A program made the translations under genes and the position numbers. A stretch of 64,000 nt of DNA from an uncultured Armatimonadia bacterium (lineage in GTDB: Bacteria; Armatimonadota; Zipacnadia; Zipacnadales; UBA11051): assembly GCA_964622325.1 (NCBI GenBank), contig CAZUOJ010000001.1, positions 492 through 64,491 of the forward strand, read 5' to 3'. This document shows, one piece after another, positions 36,104 to 45,790 of the stretch. The stretch's first letter is position 1. Every line of letters starts with the position of its first letter. Under the pieces are notes generated by a model, which did not search any database, was not told where the DNA came from, and saw nothing but the letters and a program-made list of their open reading frames with translations.

Positions 36104-38143
36104 ATGGCTCAGCTTACAGACGGCGATTTTTATGTTAGCCCTTCAGGCCGTGATACATGGAGCGGCAGATATCCAGAGCCACTAGCGGATGGGCGAGATG
36201 GCCCCTTTGCCACAATTTTTCGCGCTCAGAAAGCTGTCCGCGCGTTGCGCCAAAAGGAAACAAAGCCTGTTACAGTTCTTATCCGTGGAGGCACTTATTA
36301 TTTGCCACGCCCAATTGTGTTTCAGCCCGAAGATTCCGGCACAGCCGAGGCGCCCATTATTTATGCTGCTTATGGCAAGGAGCGCCCAGTGTTCAGCGGC
36401 GGGAAGAAAATTACAGGCTGGAAGAAGCATAAAGACGGCCTGTGGATTGCAGACATTCCAGAAACAAAAGAGGGCGGCTGGACATTTCATCAGCTCTTTG
36501 TCAATGGCCAACGCCGACAGCGCGCCCGCCATCCTAATGAAGGCTATTTGCTGACGGCAGGCCTGCCGCCGGAAATTACAAATCCCCACGCGCAGCTCGG
36601 CAATCCCCAGGCTAGTCTGAAAATGACATTCCGCCCTGGGGATTTTCGTCGTTTTCACAATCTGGAAGATGTGAACATCTTTTTATATCATGCCTGGACA
36701 GCCTCCTTGCATTGGATTGCCGATGTGGATATGCGACGCCGCGTGATTACTTTTACAGCGCCCGCCCATTGGCCGACAGGCTATTGGGAGGCTGAACAAC
36801 GATATGTGATTGAAAATTGTCTGGAAGCCCTGGATATTCCCGGGGAATGGTATCTGGATCGCCGCCAGGGCCGCCTGTATTACATGCCCTTGCCTGAAGA
36901 GAATCCCGCTCAGGAAGAAGGAGCAGGCGCCTGCGAGTTTATTGCCCCCGTATTGCGGCAGCTTGTGATTTTCCGCGGCCAGCCCGACAAAGAACGATAT
37001 GTGCAGCATATTCATCTGCAAGGCCTGTCTTTTCAGCATGCCGACTGGCATATTGAAAATCGCGGCCCTGCGGACGGCCAGGCCGCTGTCTGGCTTTCCG
37101 GAGCCATCTTTGCCCGGGGAATGCGGCGTTGCTCGTTCGAAGGCTGCGAAATTGCCCATGTGGGCGAATATGGCGTGTGGCTGGAGCGCGGCTGTCAGGA
37201 TAATCTCATCCGCCAGTGCGAGCTCTATGATTTAGGCGCCGGCGGCATCAAAATCGGCGAGACACGATCTGTCAGTGAAGCGAAGCTCGCCACAGGCTAC
37301 AACATAATTGATAATTGCTACATTCACGATGGCGGACGTGTTTTTCCGGCTGGCGTGGGCGTGCTTATCCTGCGCAGCAGCGCCAACACGGTGACGCATA
37401 ACGAAATCTGCTATTTGTATTATACGGGCATTTCAGTGGGCTGGAGCTGGGGCTACGCCCCCTCCTCGGCCAATCAAAACATCATTGAATATAATCATAT
37501 ACATCACATTGGCCAGGGCGTGCTCAGCGATATGGGCGGCATTTACACGCTGGGCATTTCTCCGGGCACGCGGCTCCGCTACAATCTCATCCATGATGTG
37601 GAATCATTTCTTTACGGCGGCTGGGGCATCTATCCGGATGAAGGCAGCTCCCATATTCTCATTGAACATAACATTTGTTATCGCTGCAAAACGGGCGGCT
37701 TTCATCAGCATTATGGCCGTGAAAACATTGTTCGAAACAATATCTTCGCCGACTCTCCGCAAATGCAAATCACGCGTACGCGGGAAGAAGAGCATATTTC
37801 CTTTTTCTTTGAACAAAATATCGTGTATTGCACGAATCCCGTTGTTCTGGGCGGCCGCTGGAGCAACGGAAATTTTCGGATGGAACGCAATTTGTATTGG
37901 AATGCTTCTGGCGCTGAGCTGGATTTTAATGGCCAGGATTTTCTTTCCTGGCAGGCGACGGGCAGAGATACACAATCTCTTGTAGCAGATCCCCTATTTG
38001 TCGCTCCAGAGCAAGGCGATTATCGGCTACGCAAAGAATCGCCTGCCTTCCGTTTAGGCTTTTGCCAGATCAGCACAAAGGAGATTGGCTTGTATGGGGA
38101 GGAGGAATGGCGGCGTCGGCCCGAGCTAAGAAATAAAGATTAA
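36104..38143 (+). CDS. Right-handed parallel beta-helix (pectin-lyase-fold) protein with no obvious signal peptide
   Basis: AGGAGG RBS. The N-terminus DGDFYVSPSGRDTWSGRYPEPLADGRDGPFATIFRAQKAV...VLIRGGTYYL is the classic beta-helix family opening. Repeated GxxG/N-rich coils follow throughout. Confidence 0.65.
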   Translation: MAQLTDGDFYVSPSGRDTWSGRYPEPLADGRDGPFATIFRAQKAVRALRQKETKPVTVLIRGGTYYLPRPIVFQPEDSGTAEAPIIYAAYGKERPVFSGGKKITGWKKHKDGLWIADIPETKEGGWTFHQLFVNGQRRQRARHPNEGYLLTAGLPPEITNPHAQLGNPQASLKMTFRPGDFRRFHNLEDVNIFLYHAWTASLHWIADVDMRRRVITFTAPAHWPTGYWEAEQRYVIENCLEALDIPGEWYLDRRQGRLYYMPLPEENPAQEEGAGACEFIAPVLRQLVIFRGQPDKERYVQHIHLQGLSFQHADWHIENRGPADGQAAVWLSGAIFARGMRRCSFEGCEIAHVGEYGVWLERGCQDNLIRQCELYDLGAGGIKIGETRSVSEAKLATGYNIIDNCYIHDGGRVFPAGVGVLILRSSANTVTHNEICYLYYTGISVGWSWGYAPSSANQNIIEYNHIHHIGQGVLSDMGGIYTLGISPGTRLRYNLIHDVESFLYGGWGIYPDEGSSHILIEHNICYRCKTGGFHQHYGRENIVRNNIFADSPQMQITRTREEEHISFFFEQNIVYCTNPVVLGGRWSNGNFRMERNLYWNASGAELDFNGQDFLSWQATGRDTQSLVADPLFVAPEQGDYRLRKESPAFRLGFCQISTKEIGLYGEEEWRRRPELRNKD

Positions 38144-38379
38144 AGCTAGAAAAGCTTTAAGATAGCCCAAAATAACGATTGGATGTGAGGGCCAAGAAAA
38201 AAGTTTTAGCTAAACAGCGGAGGACGCATTTCCCTTTTTCCTTATTTCCTTTAGAAATAAGAAATAAAGACATCTGGCTCGGCTTTTGCAAGCCGAGCCA
38301 GCGGGGAGGGAGCAAATAGGGCAGCTACAAGTGCCCTTTTTATTATGCCGCGGGACTGGGAGGAGCCGCCCGCGTGTGT

Positions 38380-39129
38380 TTAATTCAAATCGTAAGCGCT
38401 GTCATCAGCCGACAAATCGCCACATTCCGGATCAGCCGTGCTGGGATTATATTTCTTCGTCGTGGCTTTGGCGTGGCCATCTACATACACGACATTGGCC
38501 GTGCCGTTGTGGCGATAATGCAAGCCGAAGCGTCCCCAGGCGCGCATCGGATCACTGGGCGCCCGCAAATAATTATTCTGACAGATTGTACTGCCAGAAT
38601 AATAGGCACTATCAGCCAGCAAACATGTCTCGGCAGGATTTTGGACAGCGCCTAAGCCGGCGCCAGAACGGCCGTCTGTGGGGCAAAGATATGTCGCATT
38701 GATGGCATAGCCGCTGTATGGACGCCCCCAGCTTTCCAATCTCTTGGCAGAGGGACAAATATTAATTTGTTGATTTTTTGTATATGGGCCTAACGCTCCC
38801 AGCGTGTAATTCATTGTATTCCAATCCACAGTGTAATCCCAGGCGTATTCAATCGTCCAGTCGGGGCTGTAAAAGGCGCCCATGGGGAATGTTTCGTCAT
38901 AATCCTGGACATATTGCAATGTGGCCAGCCCTAATTGTTTCAGATTAGATAGACAGCTCGTCTGGCGGGCTTTCTCGCGCGCTCTGGCGAACACGGGGAA
39001 CAATATGGCCGCCAGAATCGCAATAATGGCAATGACGACAAGCAGCTCGATGAGCGTGAAGCCTGCAGGGCCGGCTTTTCGCCTGTAGCCCCTGGAACGA
39101 GAACAAGACCGCTGATGTGAAAAAAACAT
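38380..39129 (-). CDS. DUF1559 / H-X9-DG protein with an N-terminal prepilin-type cleavage/methylation domain (type II secretion pseudopilin-like)
   Basis: [47 protein letters not shown] is followed by a C-terminal [20 protein letters not shown] segment. This family is greatly expanded in Planctomycetota/Verrucomicrobiota. GGAGGC RBS. Confidence 0.8.
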   Translation of the reverse strand: MFFSHQRSCSRSRGYRRKAGPAGFTLIELLVVIAIIAILAAILFPVFARAREKARQTSCLSNLKQLGLATLQYVQDYDETFPMGAFYSPDWTIEYAWDYTVDWNTMNYTLGALGPYTKNQQINICPSAKRLESWGRPYSGYAINATYLCPTDGRSGAGLGAVQNPAETCLLADSAYYSGSTICQNNYLRAPSDPMRAWGRFGLHYRHNGTANVVYVDGHAKATTKKYNPSTADPECGDLSADDSAYDLN

Positions 39130-39580
39130 ATAAATGCCTCCTTGCGGCTGCCCGAGAGCCGCTGCGGATTGAGGGCGGCCTATCCTCGCACGATAGGGGA
39201 GGGAGCTTCCCGTCCAAAATAAATGAGCGCGCTCCTTCGCGGAAAAGGAGCGCGCTCAATTCACTATCCCAATAAACACAAAGCGCCCATCCCCTCCCGC
39301 GAGAGGATGAATCCGCCTGGCTTTTCCCGCACAAAGCGGAAAAAGCCTTGCACTCGCGGCGTCGTCTCCTGGCTTCCGTTCATCCTACTCGTCCGCGCCT
39401 TCCCATTCCCTTATGGGAACAGTGGCTGCCTGAGCTGAGCCCTTTTCTTTATGGCTGCAGCGTTTATGCCTCGCCTGAGAGCTTCTAAAGCTCAGACATG
39501 CGAACTTTCGTCCCGGCTACAGTTGCGGGGCAGCGACGGCTTGTACCGTCTTCCGACCTCCGCGAGCGTTTTTATATTCA

Positions 39581-39634
39581 GTTGTCTGAACTCATAATAG
39601 CAAATTTACGCTATTCAGACAACTAATTTTTTAC
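39581..39634 (+). terminator. Orphan plus-strand intrinsic terminator with no annotated plus-strand gene upstream
   Basis: Perfect 10-bp inverted repeat gttgtctgaa (39581-39590) / ttcagacaac (39614-39623) with a nested atagc/gctat pair, followed by TAATTTTTTAC. A T-run follows the hairpin only in plus orientation. The flanking genes are both on the minus strand. Confidence 0.5.
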
Positions 39635-39729
39635 AGCAACATAAAAAAATTGTGAACGCTTATCCGTAATTTCGAAAGAATTGCCAAAATGCTAGAATAT
39701 CGGTGTCAATGTGCTATAAAGGCCCCATT

Positions 39730-40107
39730 TTAAGCACATACGCGAGCAGAGGGCAATTCGTGACGCCGGAGATATTGCAAGACAGCCCGCACCCACGCCA
39801 GCGCGCAGGGCTGATCACATTCTTCCAGGGCGTGGCGATCCAGACATAGCCGCCGGCATTGCTCCAGCCCCGCTTTGCTTTCAGGATAAAAAGGCCCCTC
39901 GTAAAGAGGCTTTAATACAGCTGCCTGCACAGCCAATGTTGTTCCGCAATGTGGCACTTTGTGCGTCACTAGTATCAGGCCCTTTTCCGGATCATCAAAC
40001 ATGGCCATATAGCCATTGACATTTATTTCTTCATCCACAACGAAGCTTTCCAAAGAAGGCCATTGCTTGCCGCAAAGAGGACAGCGTTTGAAGATTTCCG
40101 GGCTCAT
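39730..40107 (-). CDS. Cys-rich hypothetical protein (possible zinc-binding), 125 aa
   Basis: Contains CPLCGK...HCGTT...CRRLC...ECDQPC. It is divergent from ftsK. No family was recognised. Confidence 0.4.
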   Translation of the reverse strand: MSPEIFKRCPLCGKQWPSLESFVVDEEINVNGYMAMFDDPEKGLILVTHKVPHCGTTLAVQAAVLKPLYEGPFYPESKAGLEQCRRLCLDRHALEECDQPCALAWVRAVLQYLRRHELPSARVCA

Positions 40108-40471
40108 TTTTTCAAAAATCCTGTCTTTTTTGTTAAATCTTCATCAGAGCAAAATCATCGCCTCAAAAGACACACGCCCTAATTAGTATTGGCATTAATT
40201 TTGCCTGATAAAGGCAAATTTAGCAAGCAAATAGAAACATAATGAAAGGGACGATATTCTGCCCTTTGCTTTCTTTGCCGTTTATGCTATAATCGTTTTG
40301 TGATTCAAGGAGCTGAAGGCTCTCTTGCCGCAATATTTAATCGAGAACAGGCCAATTTGGAAAATTTTTCTATCAAAACAAATTTGTCACTGTTTTTATG
40401 GCATAATTAGCTGTCAGCTTCACCCCCAAACGCTGTAATTTATAACGACGAAGCCGGAGGGTGGGCAAATC

Positions 40472-43186
40472 TTGTCAAAAAATCATCCCAAACGCGCTCC
40501 TGAAGAGAGGCTGCGCAAACAAATCGCTGTAATTGTTTTGATGACGCTGGGCGCCTTTATTCTGGCAGCGCTCGTGTTTAGTTCCAATGGCGGCATTTTG
40601 CCCCAATTTTTGTCCCGTGTCCTCCGCTTAGCTCTCGGCATTGGCGCTTTTGGCGTTCCCTTTGTGGCGTTTGCGTTAGCTGTTTTTTATGGGCTATATA
40701 ACGGAACTTTAGCCACGCCTTGGCGCGTGCTTTCAGGCCTGGCTTTGCTCTTCGTGGCTATTTTGACAGCTATTCATTTACAGACGCCGCCGGCAAGCGA
40801 TCCTGCTGCCGAAAGCCTGCGCGAACGCTGGGGCTATCTATTTGCCGAGGAAACATTGCTACGCTATGGCGGCTATGTCGGTGCGGCTTTTGCGTGCTTC
40901 TTCTTAATTGTAGCCGGCCCTGTAGGCAGCTACATCATATTGGGCGGCCTTGTGGCCATTGCGATTGTGCTTCTCTCACAGGGAGCTATTTCGGAAGGGC
41001 TTCACTGGCTGGGGCGACAGATGGGCCAGGGCTGGCAAAGATTTAATGGCAATATGGCGGAAATTCGTCGGCGCGCCCGTTCTGCCCCGCCTACGCCACG
41101 TACGCCTAATGGCGAAAAGCTCCGCAGCCGTCGCAGCCGCCCGAGCCAGCCGGGCCCCATTGTCGAGATTGAGGATGAGCCTTTGCCGGAACGAATGCCG
41201 GAGCCAGAGGCTGAAAGCCATACAGAGACGGAAGAAGAAAGAATAGCTGAGGAGCAGCCCCCTCAAAAATCGGCAGACAGGCCCACAGAGCCGCCAGCGG
41301 GCGCTGTTCCCGATACAGATCCTTTGCCGGGCAATCATCAGGAAGCTTCCTCGAGAGCGAGCGCCTGTGGATCTGTGGCTGTCGCTGTAGTGACGCCTCC
41401 GCCGCGCACAGCAAAGAAAGTCGCTGCCGCCCAGCCTGCGTTGCTGACAGCCGAAGCGCTCTATCAATTGCCTCCCTCAGATCTTTTGACAGAATATCCC
41501 GAGGAGCAGGAGACAAAAGAAGATCGGGCCATTGCCGCCGAAAATATCATCAAGCTGGAAGATACGCTGGAAAGCTTCGGCATACACGCCAAAGTCACGC
41601 ATTACGAGCGGGGGCCTGTACTGACGCGTTATGAAGTGGAGCCGGAGCGGGGCATTCGCGTCAGCCAAGTGGCGCGCCATACGGATGATTTGCGGATGGC
41701 GCTGGCCGCCTGGGATGTGCGGATTGAAGCGCCCATTCCTGGCAAATCCGCTGTGGGCATAGAAGTGCCCAACAAAAAGCGCTCCATTGTGGGCTTGCGG
41801 GCGCTTGTGGAATGTCCAGAATTCCGTCAACATCCTTCGCCTTTGGCTGTTTGTCTGGGGCGAGATATTGCTGGCCATCCCGTCATCGGCGATCTCGTGC
41901 AAATGCCACATTTGCTGGTCGCCGGGGCGACGAATTCGGGCAAGAGCGTCTGCCTGCATTCTATTATCGTGAGCTTGCTGATGCGGGCAAAGCCCTCCGA
42001 AGTGCAGCTTATTATGATTGATCCCAAACGTGTGGAGCTGAATTTGTATGAGGGCATTCCGCATTTGATGGCGCCAGTAGTGCACACAGTTCAGCAAGCG
42101 GCAGATGTGCTGCGCAAAGCCATCCGCGAAATGGAAAAGCGCTACGATCAATTTGCTCGCGTGAGCGCAGCCAATATCGCGGAATATAATTTCTTTACAA
42201 CGGGTGTGCAGCTCGTCGCGAACAGACAGCAGATTAGCCTGGAAGAAATTCAAAAACGGCTGAAGATAGATGAAGCGAAGGCGCGGCGTCTGATTGATAT
42301 GATGGAGTGGGGAGGCGTATTGCTCGAAAGTCCGGACGAAGAGGATGTGTGGCGCGTGTGCATCGGCGAAAATGATGCCCGGACAGTGCCCCTGCCGCGT
42401 GTTGTCATTATTATAGATGAGCTGGCGGATTTGATGATGCAGGCACGGGCGGAATTTGAATTTTCCATCTGCCGTATTGCGCAATTAGCCCGCGCCACGG
42501 GCATTCATCTTGTAATCGCCACCCAGCGCCCCTCCGTGAAAGTTGTGACAGGCAACATCAAGGCCAATATCCCCTCGCGGATTGCCCTGACAGTGGCTTC
42601 GCAAGTGGATTCGCGCACAATTCTGGACTGTGTAGGGGCGGAGCGGCTCATTGGGCGCGGGGATATGTTGTATGCCCCAATCGATGCCAGCAAGCCGCGC
42701 CGCGTGCAGGGGGCATTCGTGTCCCGCCAGGAAATTGAAAAAGTGGCAGAATTCTGGCGCCAGCAGGGCGAGCCGGCCTACGCCATTATTCCGGAAGTGC
42801 CTGAAGAGGAAGAATTTTCCGGCGAAACAGAAGGCACGGATGAATTATTAGGGGATGCCGTGCGTTATGTGGTGGCCGAAGGCGAGGCCTCCATCTCCAT
42901 GCTCCAGCGTCGTTTCAAAATTGGCTATGCACGGGCAGGGCGGCTGATTGATATGATGGCCCAGATGGGAATTGTGGGGCCAAGCCAGGGGCCCAAGCCG
43001 CGCCAAGTGCTTATTGGCCCCGCCTATGTGGAGGCGGCGTTAGGATTAACGGGCGCATCCCGAAATGTGCCATCGGAAGCGCCCTCTACGCCTAAGACTA
43101 ATGCTGTGAATGGCGAGCTTGAAAAGCTTAGCGAAATAAATTCCTCCGAGCCGTCCGACGAGACAAATTCTGCCGAAGACTCATGA
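40472..43186 (+). CDS. ftsK: DNA translocase FtsK/SpoIIIE
   Basis: TTG start with N-terminal TM helices. A Pro/Glu-rich linker follows. The motor domain has the Walker A motif LLVAGATNSGKSVCLHSII. The C-terminal gamma winged-helix is ISMLQRRFKIGYARAGRLIDMMAQMGIVGP. Confidence 0.9.
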   Translation: MSKNHPKRAPEERLRKQIAVIVLMTLGAFILAALVFSSNGGILPQFLSRVLRLALGIGAFGVPFVAFALAVFYGLYNGTLATPWRVLSGLALLFVAILTAIHLQTPPASDPAAESLRERWGYLFAEETLLRYGGYVGAAFACFFLIVAGPVGSYIILGGLVAIAIVLLSQGAISEGLHWLGRQMGQGWQRFNGNMAEIRRRARSAPPTPRTPNGEKLRSRRSRPSQPGPIVEIEDEPLPERMPEPEAESHTETEEERIAEEQPPQKSADRPTEPPAGAVPDTDPLPGNHQEASSRASACGSVAVAVVTPPPRTAKKVAAAQPALLTAEALYQLPPSDLLTEYPEEQETKEDRAIAAENIIKLEDTLESFGIHAKVTHYERGPVLTRYEVEPERGIRVSQVARHTDDLRMALAAWDVRIEAPIPGKSAVGIEVPNKKRSIVGLRALVECPEFRQHPSPLAVCLGRDIAGHPVIGDLVQMPHLLVAGATNSGKSVCLHSIIVSLLMRAKPSEVQLIMIDPKRVELNLYEGIPHLMAPVVHTVQQAADVLRKAIREMEKRYDQFARVSAANIAEYNFFTTGVQLVANRQQISLEEIQKRLKIDEAKARRLIDMMEWGGVLLESPDEEDVWRVCIGENDARTVPLPRVVIIIDELADLMMQARAEFEFSICRIAQLARATGIHLVIATQRPSVKVVTGNIKANIPSRIALTVASQVDSRTILDCVGAERLIGRGDMLYAPIDASKPRRVQGAFVSRQEIEKVAEFWRQQGEPAYAIIPEVPEEEEFSGETEGTDELLGDAVRYVVAEGEASISMLQRRFKIGYARAGRLIDMMAQMGIVGPSQGPKPRQVLIGPAYVEAALGLTGASRNVPSEAPSTPKTNAVNGELEKLSEINSSEPSDETNSAEDS

Positions 43187-43218
43187 CATAACATTTTATC
43201 GCAGCAGAAATCACAGCC

Positions 43219-44214
43219 ATGGCCAAAAGCACAGTCTCCAGCCACAGCCCTTCCCAATCAGCGACGTCCATTAAGGCCGCAAGAGCAGGCAGCAAACATC
43301 CCCGGAATACGCTGAACGATCTCACAGGCCGGGAATGGATTAGATTTACAAAATCCTGGTTTATTTGCGATTCGCGGCGTTATTGGAAGAATAAAGCCAC
43401 AGAATTGCATCCCGCTCGTTTTCCCGAGGAAATGGTCGGGGAGTTCATTTGCTTTTTTTCCAAAGCAGGAGAATGGATTCTGGATCCTTTTTGTGGCAGC
43501 GGGGCGACGCTTGTGAGCTGTCTGGAGACAGGGCGAAATGGCGTGGGCATAGAGCTGTGTGCCGAATATGTGGAGATTACACGGCAACGGGTGGAAGCCA
43601 TGCCCGCCACAACGCGCTGTTATGTGCTGCACGCCGATGCCCGAGAAGCGGCCCAGCCGGCCTTATGGGCGCCGCTAATTGAGGAGGGATTGCCCTTTAG
43701 GGTGACGGGGAATACGCAGCTTCCGCCAGAACAAAAAAATGCTTTTTCATGCACAGGCAAGGATAATATCATATTGCCACAATTTGATTTCATCATTACA
43801 TCGCCGCCATATTACAATATGTTGCGCAAAAGCCGCGGCGGCGTAGAATCTGTAGCCAAAAAGCGCGCGAAAATGGGCCTGGCCACACATTACGGAGATG
43901 ATGAACGGAATTTAGGAAACATTGAGGATTATGGGGAATATATTGAAGCTGTGGGGCAGATTTTTGATCGGCTAAAAGCATTGCTGCGGCCCGAGCGCTA
44001 TCTCGTCGTTGTGGCCCAAAATATTCGCGACAGCGATGGCTGCGTGCGGCCTTTAGCGTGGGATTTGGCGGCGCGCCTGTCCCGGACATATCACTTTCAA
44101 GGAGAACGAATCTGGTGCCAGAACAGCAAGCCCCTGGGCATTTGGGGCTATCCCAAAGCCTTTGTGCCGAATTATCATCATCATTACTGTCTTATCTTTC
44201 GCCGTGATGAATAG
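43219..44214 (+). CDS. Orphan DNA methyltransferase, N6_N4-MTase family with SPPY motif IV (candidate N4-cytosine MTase)
   Basis: HPARFPEEMVGEFICFFSKAGEWILDPFCGSGATLV is motif X/I. FDFIITSPPYYNM is motif IV; S-P-P-Y is characteristic of m4C enzymes. No restriction endonuclease is adjacent (the neighbours are ftsK and rimO). Confidence 0.7.
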   Translation: MAKSTVSSHSPSQSATSIKAARAGSKHPRNTLNDLTGREWIRFTKSWFICDSRRYWKNKATELHPARFPEEMVGEFICFFSKAGEWILDPFCGSGATLVSCLETGRNGVGIELCAEYVEITRQRVEAMPATTRCYVLHADAREAAQPALWAPLIEEGLPFRVTGNTQLPPEQKNAFSCTGKDNIILPQFDFIITSPPYYNMLRKSRGGVESVAKKRAKMGLATHYGDDERNLGNIEDYGEYIEAVGQIFDRLKALLRPERYLVVVAQNIRDSDGCVRPLAWDLAARLSRTYHFQGERIWCQNSKPLGIWGYPKAFVPNYHHHYCLIFRRDE

Positions 44215-44223
44215 GAAGCAAGA

Positions 44224-45564
44224 ATGAAAAAGGGCGTAAAAGTTTCGCTTGTTTCTTTGGGATGCCCCAAAAATCTTGTGGATTCAGAAAACATCTTAGG
44301 AGAATTGGCCGCGCAGGGCTTTGAGATTGTAGAAAGCAATGAGCAGGCCGATGTCATTATCGTCAACACATGCGCCTTCATCCAGCCAGCGCAAGAGGAA
44401 ACAATAGAGGCGTTGCTGGATTTAGCGGAATTGAAGGAAACGGGACAGGCGCGTGCCCTTATATGTGTGGGATGTTTGCCCCAAAGACATAAGGAAGAAT
44501 TGCTGCCTCTTCTGTCAGAAGTGGACGCTTTTTTGGGCATCGGGGCCGCGCCCAAAATTGCCTCTGCAATACGGCGTGTGCTGCAGGGCGAACGCTTTTT
44601 TGTGCCGTCGGATCTGCACTATATAGCTTCCGCCCAGACGCCGCGCTGGCGTTCCGCGCCTGACTGGCTGGCCTATCTGAAAATCGCTGACGGCTGCAAC
44701 AATCGCTGTACATATTGCACAATTCCTGATATCCGCGGCCCTTATCGGAGTCGTTCTTTGGCCGATATTGTAGCAGAATTTCAACAGCTTGTTGCAGAAG
44801 GCTGCCGGGAGATTTGCCTCATCGCCCAGGATACGACCATGTATGGCTGCGATTTGCCCGGACATCCGGAGCTGGCCGATTTGCTGGAAGCTTTAGGGGA
44901 AATTTCTTTCTCGGGCTGGCTGCGCATCATGTATATGCACCCTGAACATATTTCAGAAAGGCTTCTGCACACAATGGCGGCAGTGCCGGCAGTTCTTCCT
45001 TATCTGGATATTCCCATGCAGCATGTGTCCCCCTCTGTGTTGCAGCGGATGGGGCGAAGAGGCAGTCCGGAGAAGCTTTTGACGCTTATTCAGCAAATTC
45101 GCGCCATTATGCCCGAGGCCGCCATTCGCACAACCTTTATGACGGGATTTCCGCAAGAAACAGAAGAAGATTTTGCCGCCTTGCTGCATTTTCTGGAACA
45201 GGCGCAGCTGGATCGCGTCTCCGCCTTCCGTTATTGGGCGGAAGATGGCACGCCGGCAGCGGCTATGCCGGGCCAGATTCCCGAAGAAATCCGCGACGAA
45301 CGATTAGCGCAATTATTGGCTTTTCAAGAAGCTATTTCTTTGGAGATAAATCGCCGTTTTGTGGGCCGCATATTGCCGATTTTGCTGGAAGAGCGCCTGG
45401 AAGAAGGGCTTTGGAAGGGGCGCTCCTATCGCGATGCGCCAGAGATTGATGGAGAAGTACGAGTGCGAACAAAAGATGCCGATGAGGCTCTTCAGGCAGG
45501 AAAAATAGTGGATGTGCGCATCACACAGGCGGAAGTGCATGATTTAGAAGGCGTGCTCGTTTGA
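44224..45564 (+). CDS. rimO: Ribosomal protein S12 methylthiotransferase RimO (radical SAM)
   Basis: VSLVSLGCPKNLVDSENILGEL is the RimO N-terminal signature. The radical-SAM motif CNNRCTYC is present. 446 aa with a C-terminal TRAM domain. Confidence 0.85.
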   Translation: MKKGVKVSLVSLGCPKNLVDSENILGELAAQGFEIVESNEQADVIIVNTCAFIQPAQEETIEALLDLAELKETGQARALICVGCLPQRHKEELLPLLSEVDAFLGIGAAPKIASAIRRVLQGERFFVPSDLHYIASAQTPRWRSAPDWLAYLKIADGCNNRCTYCTIPDIRGPYRSRSLADIVAEFQQLVAEGCREICLIAQDTTMYGCDLPGHPELADLLEALGEISFSGWLRIMYMHPEHISERLLHTMAAVPAVLPYLDIPMQHVSPSVLQRMGRRGSPEKLLTLIQQIRAIMPEAAIRTTFMTGFPQETEEDFAALLHFLEQAQLDRVSAFRYWAEDGTPAAAMPGQIPEEIRDERLAQLLAFQEAISLEINRRFVGRILPILLEERLEEGLWKGRSYRDAPEIDGEVRVRTKDADEALQAGKIVDVRITQAEVHDLEGVLV

Positions 45565-45790
45565 GGGCATAGAGAAGACAGACATAAGAATAGCCAAAAC
45601 TAGAGGCGCGACGCTGCCGACTCAGCGAAAAGAAGCAACAGAAAAAGCCCTTCCTCTTTTTTCAGCCTCAGCACGAATCGAAGAGTGTCAGGCGGATATT
45701 TTTTTGCGGCAAAAAGGATACGAAAAGATTGTTAAAGAATGAAATTATTGGGCAAGCGTAGCCAGAAATAGACAGGAGAGGGAGGACAGA

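Noticed and set aside
39130-39729. Known housekeeping ncRNAs (RNase P RNA, tmRNA, SRP RNA, 6S) in the structured 600-bp gap
   Set aside because: I looked for the RNase P boxes GGAAAGUCCGG and ACAGAACCCGGCUUA, the tmRNA tRNA-like 3' end, and the SRP domain-IV GGUCCGGAAGGAAGCAGC. None was present on either strand. Only a generic GGAA-tetraloop hairpin was found.
41477-42484. 335-aa minus-strand ORF inside ftsK
   Set aside because: It is antisense to the conserved FtsK motor domain. It is His/Cys/Arg-rich junk typical of the reverse frames of GC-rich codons.
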